A stretch of DNA of 27,128 bases from a virus. Taxonomy: Duplodnaviria > Caudoviricetes. A program made the translations under genes and the position numbers. Position 1 is the stretch's first letter. Each line of letters starts with the position of its first letter. The stretch is from IMG/VR virus record IMGVR_UViG_3300048577_000305, positions 1 through 27,128 of that record; one strand, 5' to 3'. Of this stretch, positions 24,470-27,128 are shown piece after piece. Below the pieces are notes generated by a model. That model searched no databases and was not told the DNA's origin. It saw only the letters and a program-made list of their open reading frames with translations.

Positions 24470-24817
24470 TCAGGCGTTCCAGGGCTCGGCGACGACGCCG
24501 TCCATGAAGAACAGCGGCGTGTGCTCGGCGCGGGTGAGCACGATCATGTCGCCCGGCACGTAGAGCTCGCCGTCGTGCAGTGCGACTCGGCCCGGCACGA
24601 TGGAGAACAGGCGAGCCTCCGGCGACGCGGCGGGAAGGTCGCCGGCGGCGGGTGTGGACGCCGCCGCCGGCTCGTCGTTGCGGGCTTCTATCTCGGTGGC
24701 GGCCGGCGGGGACGCGGGACCGGGGTCGCCGGCCGCCTGATCCGAAGCCGGCCCGACAACCGCGATCGCGGAGACATCCGGCTGCGGAAACGCGGTGAAA
24801 GCGGTCTCGGGGGTCAT
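24470..24817 (-). CDS. Hypothetical protein downstream of the capsid gene (Mu gp35-position)
   Basis: Low-complexity Ala/Pro N-terminus plus HDGELYVPGDMIVLT motif typical of small post-capsid proteins; start uncertain. Confidence 0.65.
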   Translation of the reverse strand: MTPETAFTAFPQPDVSAIAVVGPASDQAAGDPGPASPPAATEIEARNDEPAAASTPAAGDLPAASPEARLFSIVPGRVALHDGELYVPGDMIVLTRAEHTPLFFMDGVVAEPWNA

Positions 24818-24850
24818 GAGACGTGATCCGGTGAGGTCGGACGAGGCCGA

Positions 24851-25891
24851 TCAGGTCGTGCTGGTCAGCTCGACCAGCACCTCGGGGCGCTTCCAGATCG
24901 GCAGCACGTTGGCCTGGCTCTTCAGCTCGAAGCCGCCGCCGTGCTTGATCGGCTCCTGCGTGATCACGATCTCGGGCGCCGACTGATTGACCCAGTCGAT
25001 GTGATGGGCGGGCCCGCGCAGCGTGCGGGCCGTCGAGGTGGTGCCGACCGGATAGGCGTGACCCTTGCCCTCGGCGACGTTCGCCTCGCTGACGATCGCG
25101 CCCGAGGCGTTGCGCACCGGCGTCGAGCCCTTGTACTCGCGGAACATCAGGTTGCCGAACTCGAACACCCTGCCCCAGTTGCCGCCGAGGCGGGTACGCT
25201 CCAGGCTCGCCAGCGTCTGGGCGGCCTGGGTCTGCAGCCAGTACTTCTCGACCTTCGGGTGCTGGATCAGCCGCGAGAAGAAGTCGGGCGCGACGATCGC
25301 CTCGATCCCGGTCGAGGTCTCGCCCTTGAGGTTGACGGTGACGTGGTCGATCACCTCCTCGCAGGCGTCGAGGATCGACTGGGTCGACGTGCCGAGCTTG
25401 AAGTCGACTGTCTTCTTGGAGATCTCGAACACGGCGTAGAGGTCGTAGAGGGTGCGGCCCTTGCCGTCCTTGATCAGACCCTTGAGCGCCCCGAGCCGGA
25501 GATATTCCAGCGTCTGCGCGTGCACGCCGCGGATGACGGCGAGCCGCTTGGCGAGCTCGGTCGCGAAGCTCTTCGGCTCCTTGATCCGGCCCATCTGGTC
25601 GAGGATGCCCTGCAGGTCGTCGGGGCGGATCGCCTCCGGCCCATGCGGGATGTGCGGGATCTTGATGATGATCGACGAGCCGGTGCCGCGCTCGACCTGG
25701 TTGCCGGGCGCGCCGGGCTCCTCGGCCGAGAGCACGACGAGGACACCGTCCTCGATCCGGATCTCGACGAAGCGCGAGCGGAACCCCTCCTCGGGGAACA
25801 GGCCGAGCGCCCGCACCAGGCCGTAGGAGTTGGGCAAGCGGTTGACCTGCTCGGTCAGCTGGGTGTCGGTGTAGGGGAAGCTCAGTTCCAT
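24851..25891 (-). CDS. Major capsid protein (lambda gpE / Phage_cap_E family)
   Basis: LTEQVNRLP...LGLFPEEG, TLEYLRLGALKGLIKDGKG...DLYAVF and QANVLPIWKRPEVLVEL motifs; GAGG RBS. Confidence 0.92.
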   Translation of the reverse strand: MELSFPYTDTQLTEQVNRLPNSYGLVRALGLFPEEGFRSRFVEIRIEDGVLVVLSAEEPGAPGNQVERGTGSSIIIKIPHIPHGPEAIRPDDLQGILDQMGRIKEPKSFATELAKRLAVIRGVHAQTLEYLRLGALKGLIKDGKGRTLYDLYAVFEISKKTVDFKLGTSTQSILDACEEVIDHVTVNLKGETSTGIEAIVAPDFFSRLIQHPKVEKYWLQTQAAQTLASLERTRLGGNWGRVFEFGNLMFREYKGSTPVRNASGAIVSEANVAEGKGHAYPVGTTSTARTLRGPAHHIDWVNQSAPEIVITQEPIKHGGGFELKSQANVLPIWKRPEVLVELTSTT

Positions 25892-25902
25892 CTCGGGGTC
25901 CT

Positions 25903-26631
25903 CTAGCGTGCCACGATGCCGCGCGCGGCGAGCGCCGCCAGTGCTGCGGCCTTCTGCCCGTCGCCGACGCCGGCCGGCCAGACGAGCTGGGCCGCCTGCA
26001 CGATCGCCGGGCCACGCGCCAGCACCACCAGGCCGGCGACATTGTCGGCGCCGTCGGCCGCCTCGGTGTCGGCGATGGCGACGCCGGCGACGACCTGGCT
26101 GCCGTCGGTCGCGGCCGGGTCCCAGGCTTTTGCCTTGCCGATCGCGGTCGCGTCGGTGTCGGCCGCGACCGTGATGTCGAAGCCCTCGCCGACGACGAAG
26201 TCCTGGGTGCCGTCGGCGATGACGCCCTTGATGTGATTGGCGACCGTGACGGTGCCGCCGGCGCCGCCCGAGATGGCGTAGTCGCCGAGCACGTAGCCGT
26301 CCGGGTCACGCAGCCGGAACGTGCCGCCGTTGGCGGCCGCGGTGAGGCAGCGCAGCTGGTAGACGCCGATCTTGGCGCCGGCCAGCACCGGCGTCGTCGC
26401 GTCGAGCGTGAAGGCGCCGGTGTTGGCCGCATTGCCGCCCGTCTTGGCGGCCGCGGTCGCCTCGAGGGCGCCGGCGATCATGCCGATCAGCTGGCCGGTC
26501 TTGACCAGGCGCGCCGCGCCGGAGCCGGCGAGCAGCGTCGCGGCGTCGCGGCAGTAGTCGGGAGACGTCTCCCAGCGCAGCCAGGAGGCGAGCGGCCGGG
26601 GGGCGGTGGTGCGATGGACGGGCAGCGACAT
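25903..26631 (-). CDS. Head decoration protein (lambda gpD/HDPD-like) with an inserted domain
   Basis: YCRDAATLLAG...GQLIG and AWDPAATDGSQVVAGV...LARGPAIV...LVWPAG...ALAARGIVAR; GGAGG RBS; directly upstream of the capsid gene. Confidence 0.88.
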   Translation of the reverse strand: MSLPVHRTTAPRPLASWLRWETSPDYCRDAATLLAGSGAARLVKTGQLIGMIAGALEATAAAKTGGNAANTGAFTLDATTPVLAGAKIGVYQLRCLTAAANGGTFRLRDPDGYVLGDYAISGGAGGTVTVANHIKGVIADGTQDFVVGEGFDITVAADTDATAIGKAKAWDPAATDGSQVVAGVAIADTEAADGADNVAGLVVLARGPAIVQAAQLVWPAGVGDGQKAAALAALAARGIVAR

Positions 26632-26644
26632 CGTCGGCCTCCGG

Positions 26645-27128
26645 TCAGCTCTTGGTGGTGGGGATCAGCGCGTCGATCGCGGCGGAGAGGCAGCTCGCCT
26701 CGCCGGCCGGCGACGCCTGCTGCTCGAGGCCGGACGGCTGCAGGCCGGCCGGCGTCGCGGCGAGCAGCGCCGTCACCTGGGCGAGCCCGTCGGCGCTCGC
26801 GCAGAGCGCCGCGTACTGGTCGCGCTGCGCCGGCACGATCTTCTTGGCCGTCAGCGCGCCGTCGAGCAGCGCCGCCACCTTGGCGTCGTGATCGGCCTTG
26901 TCGCGCGCCGCGATCTGCGCCGTGGCGGCGGCGAGCCGCGTGTTGGCGACGGCGAGATTCGCCAGCGCCTGGTCGTGCACGGCCTTGTCGACCTTGCCGG
27001 CGCCGGCCTGGAGGGCGGTGAGGGCCGAGAGACAGGCCGCCTCGTCGGCCGTCTCGGCCAGGCCGAGGGCCGTCGCAATCGCTTTCATGGTGCCTCCGTG
27101 CGAGATGGGGTCAGCCGCGGCGAGCGCC
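26645..27128 (-). CDS. Mu-like protease I / scaffold Z, 3' part (frame open to the window end; internal ATG at 27088)
   Basis: MKAIATALGLAETADEAACLSAL and VAALLDGALTAKKIVPAQR are Mu I/Z-like. Upstream in-frame codons ALAAADPISHGGT contain no stop. Confidence 0.8.
   Translation of the reverse strand, partial: ALAAADPISHGGTMKAIATALGLAETADEAACLSALTALQAGAGKVDKAVHDQALANLAVANTRLAAATAQIAARDKADHDAKVAALLDGALTAKKIVPAQRDQYAALCASADGLAQVTALLAATPAGLQPSGLEQQASPAGEASCLSAAIDALIPTTKS

Larger units (their letters stand above)
6004..27128 (-). mobile_element. Transposable (Mu/BcepMu-like) prophage, late/structural half; continues beyond the window end
   Basis: Contiguous co-oriented head, neck, baseplate and tail genes; Mu-type gp36, gpG and I/Z genes; Mu-type terminus at 6004. 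Confidence 0.9.

Noticed and set aside
23886-26432. 848-aa minus-strand ORF overlapping the capsid and decoration genes
   Set aside because: Alternative-frame, Arg-rich artefact. Only the last 74 aa have an RBS and protein-like composition. The same applies to the long 5' extensions of the tmk, holB, gpI, gpJ, gpV and gpD track ORFs.

Overview
High-GC alphaproteobacterial (Hyphomicrobiales-like, inferred from gene order and composition) chromosome segment. Bases 1-5914 are host core genes: on the minus strand the 5' end of metG, holB, tmk, a D-Ala-D-Ala carboxypeptidase, rlpA and a small ORF; on the plus strand a small membrane-anchored ORF and tRNA-Ser(UGA). A cruciform intergenic repeat lies between holB and metG. 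From about 6004 to the window end is the late (structural) half of a transposable, Mu/BcepMu-like prophage, all on the minus strand. It has a Mu-type end (TG plus two perfect 22-bp repeats) 89 bp downstream of the tRNA, a P2-like contractile tail module (D, X, U, tape measure, E/E' with a -1 frameshift site, tube, sheath, I, J, W, V), Mu-like neck genes, a lambda E/D-type capsid and decoration pair, and the 3' part of a Mu I/Z protease-scaffold gene. The most notable observations are: (1) the receptor-binding protein is an Mtd-type DGR target with a VR-like 3' end, but no avd, template repeat or reverse transcriptase is present in the window; (2) an inverted heptamer-repeat element in the neck operon; (3) a densely hairpinned 125-nt spacer in a cluster of four small unknown ORFs; (4) an 11-bp-phased TTYRAA-like motif that recurs in the phage. 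All family assignments come from motif recognition and synteny, not database searches.
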